Assembly: GCA_964016885.1 (NCBI GenBank)
Contig: CAXHJY010000696.1
Location: 577 to 64,576 of the forward strand
Reading direction: 5' to 3'
Source of the DNA: Eledone cirrhosa
Lineage: Eukaryota
DNA length: 64,000 nt
The notes beneath the pieces were generated by a model. It saw nothing but the letters and a program-made list of their open reading frames with translations. It had not been told where the DNA came from and did not search any database. The position numbers were made by a program, and so were the translations under genes. Shown piece by piece: positions 51,126-62,090 of the stretch (position 1 is the stretch's first letter; each line of letters opens with the position of its first letter).

Positions 51126-52699
51126 GGAAGGAAGGAGTGGAAGGAAGTATGACTGTAATGATGTATTGAAGGAAGGAAGGAGTGGAAGGAAGTATGACTG
51201 TAATGATGTATTGAATGAAGGAAGGAGAGGAAGAAAGTATGACTGTAATGATGTATTGAAGGAAGGAAGGAGTGGAAGAAAGTATGATTGTAATGATGTA
51301 TTGAAGGAAGGAAGGAGTGGAAGGAAGTATGACAGTAATGATGTATTGAAGGAAGGAAGGAGTGGGAGGAAGTATGACTGTAATGATGTATTGAAGGAAG
51401 GAAGGAGTGGAAGGAAGTATGACTGTAATGATGTATTGAAGGAAGGAAGGAGTGGAAGAAAGTATGACTGTAATGATGTATTGAAGGAAGGAAGGTGTGG
51501 AAGGAAGTATGACTGTAATGATGTATTGAAGGAAGGAAGGAGAGGAAGAAAGTATGACTGTAATGATGTATTGAAGGAAGGAAGGAGTGGAAGGAAGTAT
51601 GACTGTAATGATGTATTGAAGGAAGGAAGGAGAGGAAGAAAGTATGACTGTAATGATGTATTGAAGGAAGGACGGAAGGAGTGGAAGGAAGTATGACTGT
51701 AATGATGTATTGAAGGAAGGAAGGAATGGAAGGAAGTATTTCTGTAATGATGTATTGAAGGAAGGAAGGAGTGGAAGGAAGTATGTCTGTAATGATGTAT
51801 TGAAGGAAGGAAGGAGTGGAAGGAAGTATGTATGTAATGATGTATTGAAGGAAGGAAGGAGTGGAAGGAAGTATGTCTGTAATGATGTATTGAAGGAAGG
51901 AAGGAAGGAAGGAGAGGAAGGAAGTATGACTGTAATGATGTATTGAAGGAAGGAAGGAGTGGAAGGAATTATGACTGTAATGATGTATTGAAGGAAGGAA
52001 GGAGTGGAAGGAATTATGACAGTAATGATGTATTGAAGGAAGGAAGGAGTGGAAGGAAGTATGTCTGTAATGATGTATTGAAGGAAGGAAGGAGTGGAAG
52101 GAAGTAGGACTGTAATGATGTATTGAAGGAAGGAAGGGGTGGAAGGAAGTATGACTGTAATGATATATTGAAGGAGGGAAGGAGTGGATGGAAATATGAC
52201 TGTAAGGATGTATTGAAGGAGGGAAGGAAGGAGTGGAAGAAAGTATGACTGTAATAATGTACTAAAAGAGGGAAGGAGTAGAAGGAAGTATGTATGTAAT
52301 GATGTATTGAAGGAGGGAAGGAAGGAGTGGAAGGAAGTACGACTGTAATGATGTATTGAAGGAAGGAAGGAGTGGATGGAAATATGACTGTAATGATGTA
52401 TTGAAGGAAGGAGTGGAAGGAAGTATGACTGTAATGATGTTTTGAAGGAAGGAAGGAGTGGAAGAAAGTATGACTGTAATGATGTATTGAAGGAAGGAAG
52501 GAGTGGAAGGAAGTATGACTGTAATGATGTATTGAAGGAAGGAAGGAGTGGAAGGAAGTATGACTGTAATGATGTATTGAAGGAAGGAGTGGAAAGGAAG
52601 TATGACTGTAATGATGTATTGAAGGAAGGAGTGGAAGGAAGTATGACTGTAATGATGTATTGAAGGAAGGAAGGAGTTGAAGGAAGTATGACTGTGATG

Positions 52700-53275
52700 A
52701 TGTATTGAAGGAAGGAAGGAAGGAGTGGAAGGAAGTATGACTGTAATGATGTATTGAAGGAGGGAAGGAAGGAGTGGAAGGAAGTATGACTGTAATGATG
52801 TATTGAAGGAGGGAAGGAAGGAGTGAAAGGAAGTATGGCTGTAATGATGTATTGAAAGAAGGAAGGAAGGAGTGGAAGGAAGTATGACTGTAATGATGTA
52901 ATGAACGAGGGAAGGAAGGAGTGGAAGGAAGTATGACTGTAATGATGTATTGAAGGAAGGAAGGAAGGAGTGGAAGGAAGTATGACTGTAATGATGTATT
53001 GAAGGAAGGAAGGAAGGAGTGGAAGGAAGTATGACTGTAATGATGTATTGAAGGAGGGAAGGAAGGAGTGGAAGGAAGTATGACTGTAATGATGTATTGA
53101 AGGAGGGAAGGAAGGAGTGAAAGGAAGTATGGCTGTAATGATGTATTGAAAGAAGGAAGGAAGGAGTGGAAGGAAGTATGACTGTAATGATGTAATGAAC
53201 GAGGGAAGGAAGGAGTGGAAGGAAGTATGACTGTAATGATGTATTGAAGGAGGGAAGGAAGGAGTGGAAGGAAGT
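52700..53275. repeat. 294-bp (6 x 49) tandem duplication
   Basis: The series GAGTGAAAGGAAGTATGGCT...GAAAGAAGG...GTAATGAACGAGGG starts at 52821 and 53115. Confidence 0.85.
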
Positions 53276-53794
53276 ATGACTGTAATGATGTATTGAAGGA
53301 AGGAAGGAGTGGAAGGAAGTATGTCTGTAATGATGTATTGAAGGAAGGAAGGAAGGAGTGGAAGGAAGTATGACTGTAATGATGTATTGAAGGAAGGAAG
53401 GAGTGGAAGGAAGTATGTCTGTAATAATGTATTGAAGGAAGGAATGAGTGGAAGGAAGTATGACTGTAATGATGTATTGAAGGAAGGAAGGAGTGGAAGG
53501 AGTGGAAGGAAGTATGACTGTCATGATGTATTGAAGGAAGGAAGGAAGGAGTGGAAGGAAGTATGACTGTCATGATGTATTGAAGGAAGGAAGGAAGGAG
53601 TGGAAGGAAGTATGACTGTCATGATGTATTGAAGGAAGGAAGGAAGGAGTGGAAGGAAGTATGACTGTAATGATGTATTGAAGGAGGGAAGGAGTGGAAG
53701 GAAGTATGACTGTAATGATGTATTGAAGGAAGGAAGGAGTGGAAGGAAGTATGACTGTAATGATGTATTGAAGGAAGGAAGGAGTGGAAGGAAG

Positions 53795-54500
53795 TATGAC
53801 TGTAATGATGTATTGAAGGAGGGAAGGAAGGAGTGGAAGGAAGTATGACTGTCATGATGTATTGAAGGAAGGAAGGAAGGAGTGGAAGGAAGTATGTCTG
53901 TAATGATGTATTGAAGGAGGGAAGGAAGGAGTGGAAGGAAGTATGACTGTCATGATGTATTGAAGGAAGGAAGGAAGGAGTGGAAGGAAGTATGTCTGTA
54001 ATGATGTATTGAAGGAGGGAAGGAAGGAGTGGAAGGAAGTATGACTGTCATGATGTATTGAAGGAAGGAAGGAAGGAGTGGAAGGAAGTATGTCTGTAAT
54101 GATGTATTGAAGGAGGGAAGGAAGGAGTGGAAGGAAGTATGACTGTCATGATGTATTGAAGGAAGGAAGGAAGGAGTGGAAGGAAGTATGTCTGTAATGA
54201 TGTATTGAAGGAGGGAAGGAAGGAGTGGAAGGAAGTATGACTGTCATGATGTATTGAAGGAAGGAAGGAAGGAGTGGAAGGAAGTATGTCTGTAATGATG
54301 TATTGAAGGAGGGAAGGAAGGAGTGGAAGGAAGTATGACTGTCATGATGTATTGAAGGAAGGAAGGAAGGAGTGGAAGGAAGTATGTCTGTAATGATGTA
54401 TTGAAGGAGGGAAGGAAGGAGTGGAAGGAAGTATGACTGTCATGATGTATTGAAGGAAGGAAGGAAGGAGTGGAAGGAAGTATGTCTGTAATGATGTATT
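53795..54500. repeat. 98-bp dimeric higher-order repeat (49+49), 7 copies
   Basis: GTCATG at 53851, 53949, 54047, 54145, 54243, 54341, 54439, alternating with GTCTG/GAGGG monomers. Confidence 0.92.
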
Positions 54501-54845
54501 GAAGGAGGGAAGGAGTGGAAGGAAGTATGACTGTAATGATTTATTGAAGGAAGGAAGGAGTGGAAGGAAGGAGTGGAAGGAAGTATGACTGTAATTATGT
54601 ATTGAAGAAAGGAAGGAGTTGAAGAAAGTATGACTGTAATGTTGTATTGAAGGAAGCAAGGAGTTGAAGGAAGTATGGCTGTGATGATGTATTGAAGGAG
54701 GGAAGGAGTGGAAGGAAGTATGACTGTAATGATTTATTGAAGGAAGGAAGGAGTGGAAGGAAGGAGTGGAAGGAAGTATGACTGTAATTATGTATTGAAG
54801 AAAGGAAGGAGTTGAAGAAAGTATGACTGTAATGTTGTATTGAAG
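54500..54845. repeat. 193-bp tandem duplication containing a monomer with a doubled GGAGTGG segment
   Basis: GATTTATTG..GGAGTGGAAGGAAGGAGTGG..GTAATTATG..GAGTTGAAGAAAG..AATGTTG at about 54540 and 54733. Confidence 0.85.
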
Positions 54846-57800
54846 GAAGAAAGGAGTGGAAGGAAGTATTACTGAAATGATGTATTGAAGGAAGGAAGGA
54901 GTGAAAGGAAGTATGACTGTAATGATGTATTGAAGGAAGGAAGGAGTGGAAGTAAGTATGACTGTGATGATGTATTGAAGGAAGGAAGGAGTTGAAGGAA
55001 GTATGACTGTGATGATGTATTGAAGGAAGGAAGGAGTGGAAGGAAGTATGTCTGTAATGATGTATTGAAGGAAGGAAGGAGTTGAAGGAAGTATGACTGT
55101 AATGATGTATTGAAGGAAGGAATGAGTGGAAGGAATTATGACTGTGATGATGTATTGAAGGAAGGAAGAAGTGGAAGGAAGTATGACTGTAATGATGCAT
55201 TGAAGGAAGGAGTGGAAGGAAGTATGACTGTAATGATGTATTGAAGGAAGGCAGGAGTGGAAGGAAGTATGACTGTAATGATGTATTGAAGGAACGAAGG
55301 AAGGAGTGGAAGGAAGTATGACTGTGATGATGTATTGAAGGAAGGAAGGAGTGGAAGGAAGTATGTCTGTAATGATGTATTGAAGGAAGGAAGGAGTGGA
55401 AGGAAGTATGACTGTAATGATGTATTGAAGGAAGGAAGGAGTGGAAGGAAGTATGACTGTAATGATGTATTGAAGGAAGGAAGGAGAGGATGAAAGTATG
55501 ACTGTAATGATGTATTGAAGGAAGGAAGGAGTGGAAGGAAGTATGACTGTAATGATGTATTGAAGGAAGGAAGGAGTGGAAGAAAGTATGACTGTAATGA
55601 TGTATTGAAGGAAGGAAGGAAGGAGTGGAAGGAAGTATGACTGTAATGATGTATTGAAGGAAGGAAGGAGTGGGAGGAAGTATGACTGTAATGATGTATT
55701 GAGGGAAGGAAGGAGTGGAAGGAAGTATGACTGTAATGATGTATTGAAGGAAGGAAGGAGTGGGAGGAAGTATGACTGTAATGATGTATTGAAGGAAGGA
55801 AGGAGTGGAAGGAAGTATGACTGTAATGATGTATTGAAGGAACGTAGGAAGGAGTGGAAGGAAGTATGACTGTAATGATGTATTGAAGGAAGGAAGGAGA
55901 GGAAGAAATATGACTGTAATGATGTATTGAAGGAAGGAAGGAGTGGAAGGAAGTATGACTGTAATGATGTATTGAATGAAGGAGGGAGTGGGAGGAAGTG
56001 TGACTGTAATGATGTATTGAAGGAAGGAAGGAGTGGAAGGAAGTATGACTGTAATGATGTATTGAAGGAAGGAGTGGAAGGAAGTATGACAGTAAGGATG
56101 TATTGAAGGAAGGAGTGGAAGGAAGTATGACTGTAATGATGTATTGAACGAATAAAGGAGTGGATGGAAGTATAACTGTAATGATGTATTGATGGAACGA
56201 AGGAAGTTGTGGAAGGAAGTATGACTGTAATGATGTATTGAAGGAAGGAAGGAGTGGAAGGAAGTATGACTGTAATGATGTATTGAAGGAAGGAAGGAGT
56301 GGAAGGAAGTATGACTGTAATGATGTATTGAAGGAAGGAAGGAGTGGAAGGAAGTATGACTTAATGTCGTATTGAAGGAAGGAGTGGAAGGAAGTATGTC
56401 TGTAATTATGTATTGAAGGAAGGAAGGAGTGGAAGGAAGTATGACTGTAATGATGTATTGTAGGAAGGAGTGGAAGGAAGTATGACTGTAATGATGTATT
56501 GAAGGAAGGAGAGGAAGAAAGTATGACTGTAATGATGTATTGAAGGAAGGAGAGGAAGAAAGTATGACTGTAATGATGTATTGAAGGAGGGAAGGAAGGA
56601 ATGGAAGGAAGTATGACTGTGATGATGTATTGAAGGAAGGAAGGAGTGGAAGGATGTATGTCTGTAATGATGTATTGAAGGAAGGAAGGAGTGGAAGGAA
56701 GTATGACTGTAATAATGTATTGAAGGAAGGAGTGGAAGGAAGTATGACTGTAATGATGTATTGAAGGAAGGAAGGAGTGGAAGGAAGTATGACTGTAATG
56801 ATGTATTGAAGGAAGGAAGGAGTGGAAGGAAGTATGACTGTAATGATGTATTGAAGGAAGGAAGGAGTGGAAGGAAGTATGACTGTAATGATGTATTGAA
56901 GGAAGGAAGGAGTGGAAGGAAGTATGACTGTAATGATGTATTGAAGGAAGGAAGGAGTGGAAGGAAGTATGACTGTAATGATGTATTGAAGGAAGGAAGG
57001 AGTGGAAGGAAGTATGACTGTAATGATGTATTGAAGGAAGGAAGGAGTGAAAGGAAGTATGACTGTAATGATGTATTGAAGGAAGGAAGGAGTGGAAGGA
57101 AGTATGACTGTAATGATGTATTGAAGGAAGGAAGGAGTGAAAGGAAGTATGACTGTAATGATGTATTGAAGGAAGGAAGGAGTGGAAAGAAGTATGTCTG
57201 TAATGATGTATTGAAGGAGGGAAGGAAGGAGTGGAAGGAAGTATGACTGTAATGATGTATTGAAGGAAGGAAGGAGTGGAAAGAAGTATGTCTGTAATGA
57301 TGTATTGAAGGAGGGAAGGAAGGAGTGGAAGGAAGTATGACTGTAATGATGTATTTAAGGAAGGAAGGAGTGGAAGGAAGTATGACTGTAATGATGTATT
57401 GAAGGAAGGAAGGAGTTGAAGGAAGTATGACTGTGATGATGTATTGAAGGAAGGAAGGAGTTGAAGGAAGTATGACTGTGATGATGTATTGAAGGAAGGA
57501 AGGAGTGGAAGGAAGTATGTCTGTAATGATATATTGAAGGAAGGAAGGAGTTGAAGGAAGTATGACTGTAATGATGTATTGAAGGAAGGAAGGAGTGGGA
57601 GGAAGTATGACTGTAATGATGTATTGAAGGAAGGAAGGAGTGGAAGGAAGTATGACTGTAATGATGTATTGAAGGAAGGAAGGAGTGGAAGGAAGTATGA
57701 CTGTAATGTTGTATTGAAGGAAGGAATGAGTGGAGGGAAGTATGACTGTAATGATGTATTGAAGGAAGGAAGGAGTGGAAGTAAGTATGACTGTAATGTT

Positions 57801-58919
57801 GTATTGAAGGAAGGAAGGAGTGGAAGGAAGTATGACTGTAATGATGTATTGAAGGAAGGAGTGGAAAGGAAGTATGACTGTAATGATGTATTGAAGGAAG
57901 GAATGAGTGGAGGGAAGTATGACTGTAATGATGTATTGAAGGAAGGAGGGAGTGGGATGAAGTATGACTGTAATGATGTATTGAAGGAAGGAAGGAGTGG
58001 AAGGAAGTATGACTGTGATGATGTATTGAAGGAAGGAGTGGAAGGAAGTATGACAGTAAGGATGTATTGAAGGAAGGAGGGAGTGGAGGGAAGTATGACT
58101 GTAATGATGTATTGAAGGAAGGAAGGAGTGGAAGTAAGTATGACTGTGATGATGTATTGAAGGAAGGAGTGGAAAGGAAGTATGACTGTAATGATGTATT
58201 GAAGGAAGGAAGGAGTGGAAGGAAGTATGACTGTAATGATGTATTGAAGGAAGGAGGGAGTGGGAGGAAGTATGACTAATGATGTATTGAAGGAAGGAAG
58301 GAGTGGAAGGAAGTATGACTGTAATGATATATTGAAGGAAGGAAGGAGTGGAAGAAAGTATGACTGTAATGATGTATTGAAGGAAGGAGTGGAAAGGAAG
58401 TATGACTGTAATGATGTATTGAAGGAAGGAGTGGAAGGAAGTATGACAGTAAGGATGTATTGAAGGAAGGAGTGGAAGGAAGTATGACAGTATGGATGTA
58501 TTGAAGGAAGGAGTGGAAGGAAGTATGATTGTAGTGATGTATTGAACGAATGAAGGAGTGGATGGAAGTATAACTGTAATGATGTATTGAAGGAACGAAG
58601 GAAGGAGTGGAAGGAAGTATGACTGTAATGATGTATTGAAGGAGTGAAGGAAGGAGTGGAAGGAAGTATGACTGTAATGATGCATTGAAGGAAGGAAGGA
58701 AGGAGTGGAAGGAAGTATGACTGTAATGATGTATTGAAGGAGGGAAGGAAGGAGTGGAAGGAAGTATGACTGTAATGATGCATTGAAGGAAGGAAGGAGT
58801 GGAAGGAAGTATGTCTGTAATGATGTATTGAAGGAGGGAAGGAGTGGAAGGAAGTATGACTGTAATGATGTATTGAAGGAAGGCAGGAAGGAAGGAGTGG
58901 AAGGAAGTATGACTGTAAT

Positions 58920-61900
58920 GATGTATTGAAGGAAGGAAGGAAGGTGTTGTAGAAAGTATGACTGTAATGATGTATTGAAGGAAGGAAGGAAGGAGTGGAA
59001 GGAAGTATGACTGTAATAATGTATTGAAGGAAGGAAGGAGTGAAAGGAAGTATGACTGTAATGATGTATTGAAGGAAGGAAGGAGTGGAAGGAAGTATGA
59101 CTGTAATGATGTATTGAAGGAAGGAAGGAGTGGAAGGAAGTATGACTGTAATGATGTATTAAAGGAAGGAAGGAGTGGAAGGAAGTATGACTGTAATGAT
59201 GTATTGAAGGAAGGAAGGAGTGGAAGGAAGTATGACTGTAATGATGTATTGAAGGAAGGAAGGAGTGTAAAGAAGTATGTCTGTAATGATGTATTGAAGG
59301 AGGGAAGGAAGGAGTGGAAGGAAGTATGACTGTAATGATGTATTTAAGGAAGGAAGGAGTGGAAGGAAGTATGACTGTAATGATGTATTGAAGGAAGGAA
59401 GGAGTTGAAGGAAGTATGACTGTGATGATGTATTGAAGGAAGGAAGGAGTGGAAGGAAGTATGTCTGTAACGATGTATTGAAGGAAGGAAGGAGTTGAAG
59501 GAATTATGACTGTAATGATGTATTGAAGGAAGGAAGGAGAGGAAGAAATTATGACTGTAATGATGTATTGAGGGAAGGAAGGAGAGGAAGAAAGTATGAC
59601 TGTAATGATGTATTGAAGGAAGGAATGAGTGGAAGGAATTATGACTGTGATGATGTATTGAAGGCAGCAAGGAATGGAAGGAAGTATGACTGTAATGATG
59701 CATTGAAGGAAGGAAGGAGTGGAAGGATGTATGACTGTAATGATGTATTGAAGGAAGGAAGGAGTGGAAGGAAGTATGACTGTAATGATGTATTGAAGGA
59801 ACGTAGGAAGGAGTGGAAGGAAGTACGACTGTGATGATGTATTGAAGGAAGGAAGGAGTGGAAGGAAGTATGTCTGTAACGATGTATTGAAGGAAGGAAG
59901 GAGTGGAAGGAAGTATTACTGTAATGATGTATTGAAGGAAGGAAGGAGTGGAAGGAAGTATGACTGTAATGATGTATTGAAGGAAGGAAGGAGAGGAAGA
60001 AAGTATGACTGTAATGATGTATTGAAGGAAGGAAAGAAGGAGTGGAAGGAAGTATGACTGTAATGATGTATTGAAGCAAGGAAGGAGTGGAAGGAAGTAT
60101 GACTGTAATGATGTATTGAAGGAAGGAAGGAGTGGAAGAAAGTATGACTGTAATGATGTATTGAGGGAAGGAAGGAGAGGAAGAAAGTATGACTGTAATG
60201 ATGTATTGAAGGAAGGAAAGAAGGAGTGGAAGGAAGTATGACTGTAATGATGTATTGAAGAAAGGAAGGAGTGGAAGGAAGTATGACTGTAATGATGTAT
60301 TGAAGGAAGGAAGGGGTGGAAGGAAGTATGACTGTAATGATGTATTGAAGGAAGGAAGGAATGGGAGGAAGTATGACTGTAATGATGAATTGAAGGAAGG
60401 AAGGAGAGGAAGTAAATATGACTGTAATGATGTATTGAAGGAAGGAAGGAGAGGAAGAAAGTATGACTGTAATGATGTATTGAAGTAATGAAGGAGTGGA
60501 AGGAAGTATGACTGTAATGATGTATTGAAGGAAGGAAGGAAGGTGTTGTAGAAAGTATGACTGTAATGATGTATTGAAGGAAGGAAGGAAGGAGTGGAAG
60601 GAAGTATGACTGTAATAATGTATTGAAGGAAGGAAGGAGTGAAAGGAAGTATGACTGTAATGATGTATTGAAGGAAGGAAGGAGTGGAAGGAAGTATGAC
60701 TGTAATGATGTATTGAAGGAAGGAAGGAGTGGAAGGAAGTATGACTGTAATGATGTATTGAAGGAAGGAAGGAGTGTAAAGAAGTATGTCTGTAATGATG
60801 TATTGAAAGAGGGAAGGAAGGAGTGGAAGGAAGTATGACTGTAATGATGTATTGAAGGAAGGAAGGAGTTGAAGGAAGTATGACTGTGATGATGTATTGA
60901 AGGAAGGAAGGAGTGGAAGGAAGTATGACTGTAATGATGTATTGAAGGAAGGAAGGAGTTGAAGGAAGTATGACTGTGATGATGTATTGAAGGAAGGAAG
61001 GAGTGGAAGGAAGTATGTCTGTAATGATGTATTGAAGGAAGGAAGGAGTTGAAGGAAGTATGACTGTAATGATGTATTGAAGGAAGGAAGGAGTGGAAGG
61101 AATTATGACTGTAATGATGTATTGAAGGAAGGAAGGAGAGGAAGAAATTATGACTGTAATGATGTATTGAGGGAAGGAAGGAGAGGAAGAAAGTATGACT
61201 GTAATGATGTAGTGAAGGAAGGAATGAGTGGAAGGAATTATGACTGTGATGATGTATTGAAGGCAGCAAGGAATGGAAGGAAGTATGACTGTAATGATGC
61301 ATTGAAGGAAGGAAGGAGTGGAAGGATGTATGACTGTAATGATGTATTGAAGGAAGGAAGGAGTGGAAGGAAGTATGACTGTAATGATGTATTGAAGGAA
61401 CGTAGGAAGGAGTGGAAGGAAGTACGACTGTGATGATGTATTGAAGGAAGGAAGGAGTGGAAGGAAGTATGACTGTAACGATGTATTGAAGGAAGGAAGG
61501 AGTGGAAGGAAGTATTACTGTAATGATGTATTGAAGGAAGGAAGGAGTGGAAGGAAGTATGACTGTAATGATGTATTGAAGGAAGGAAGGAGAGGAAGAA
61601 AGTATGACTGTAATGATGTATTGAAGCAAGGAAGGAGTGGAAGGAAGTATGACTGTAATGATGTATTGAAGGAAGGAAGGAGTGGAAGAAAGTATGACTG
61701 TAATGATGTATTGAGGGAAGGAAGGAGAGGAAGAAAGTATGACTGTAATGATGTATTGAAGGAAGGAAAGAAGGAGTGGAAGGAACTATGACTGTAATGA
61801 TGTATTGAAGGAAGGAGGGATTGGGAGGAAGTATGACTGTAATGATGTATTGAAGAAAGGAAGGAGTGGAAGGAAGTATGACTGTAATGATGTATTGAAG

Positions 61901-62090
61901 GAAGGAAGGGGTGGAAGGAAGTATGACTGTAATGATGTATTGAAGGAAGGAAGGAATGGGAGGAAGTATGACTGTAATGATGAATTGAAGGAAGGAAGGA
62001 GAGGAAGTAAATATGACTGTAATGATGTATTGAAGGAAGGAAGGAGAGGAAGAAAGTATGACTGTAATGATGTATTGAAGTAAGGAAGGA
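58920..62090. repeat. Imperfect tandem duplication of about 1.6 kb
   Basis: AGGTGTTGTAGAAAG 58942/60541; AGGCAGCAAGGAATGG 59662/61261; CGTAGG 59802/61401; ATGGGAGG 60361/61956. Confidence 0.88.
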
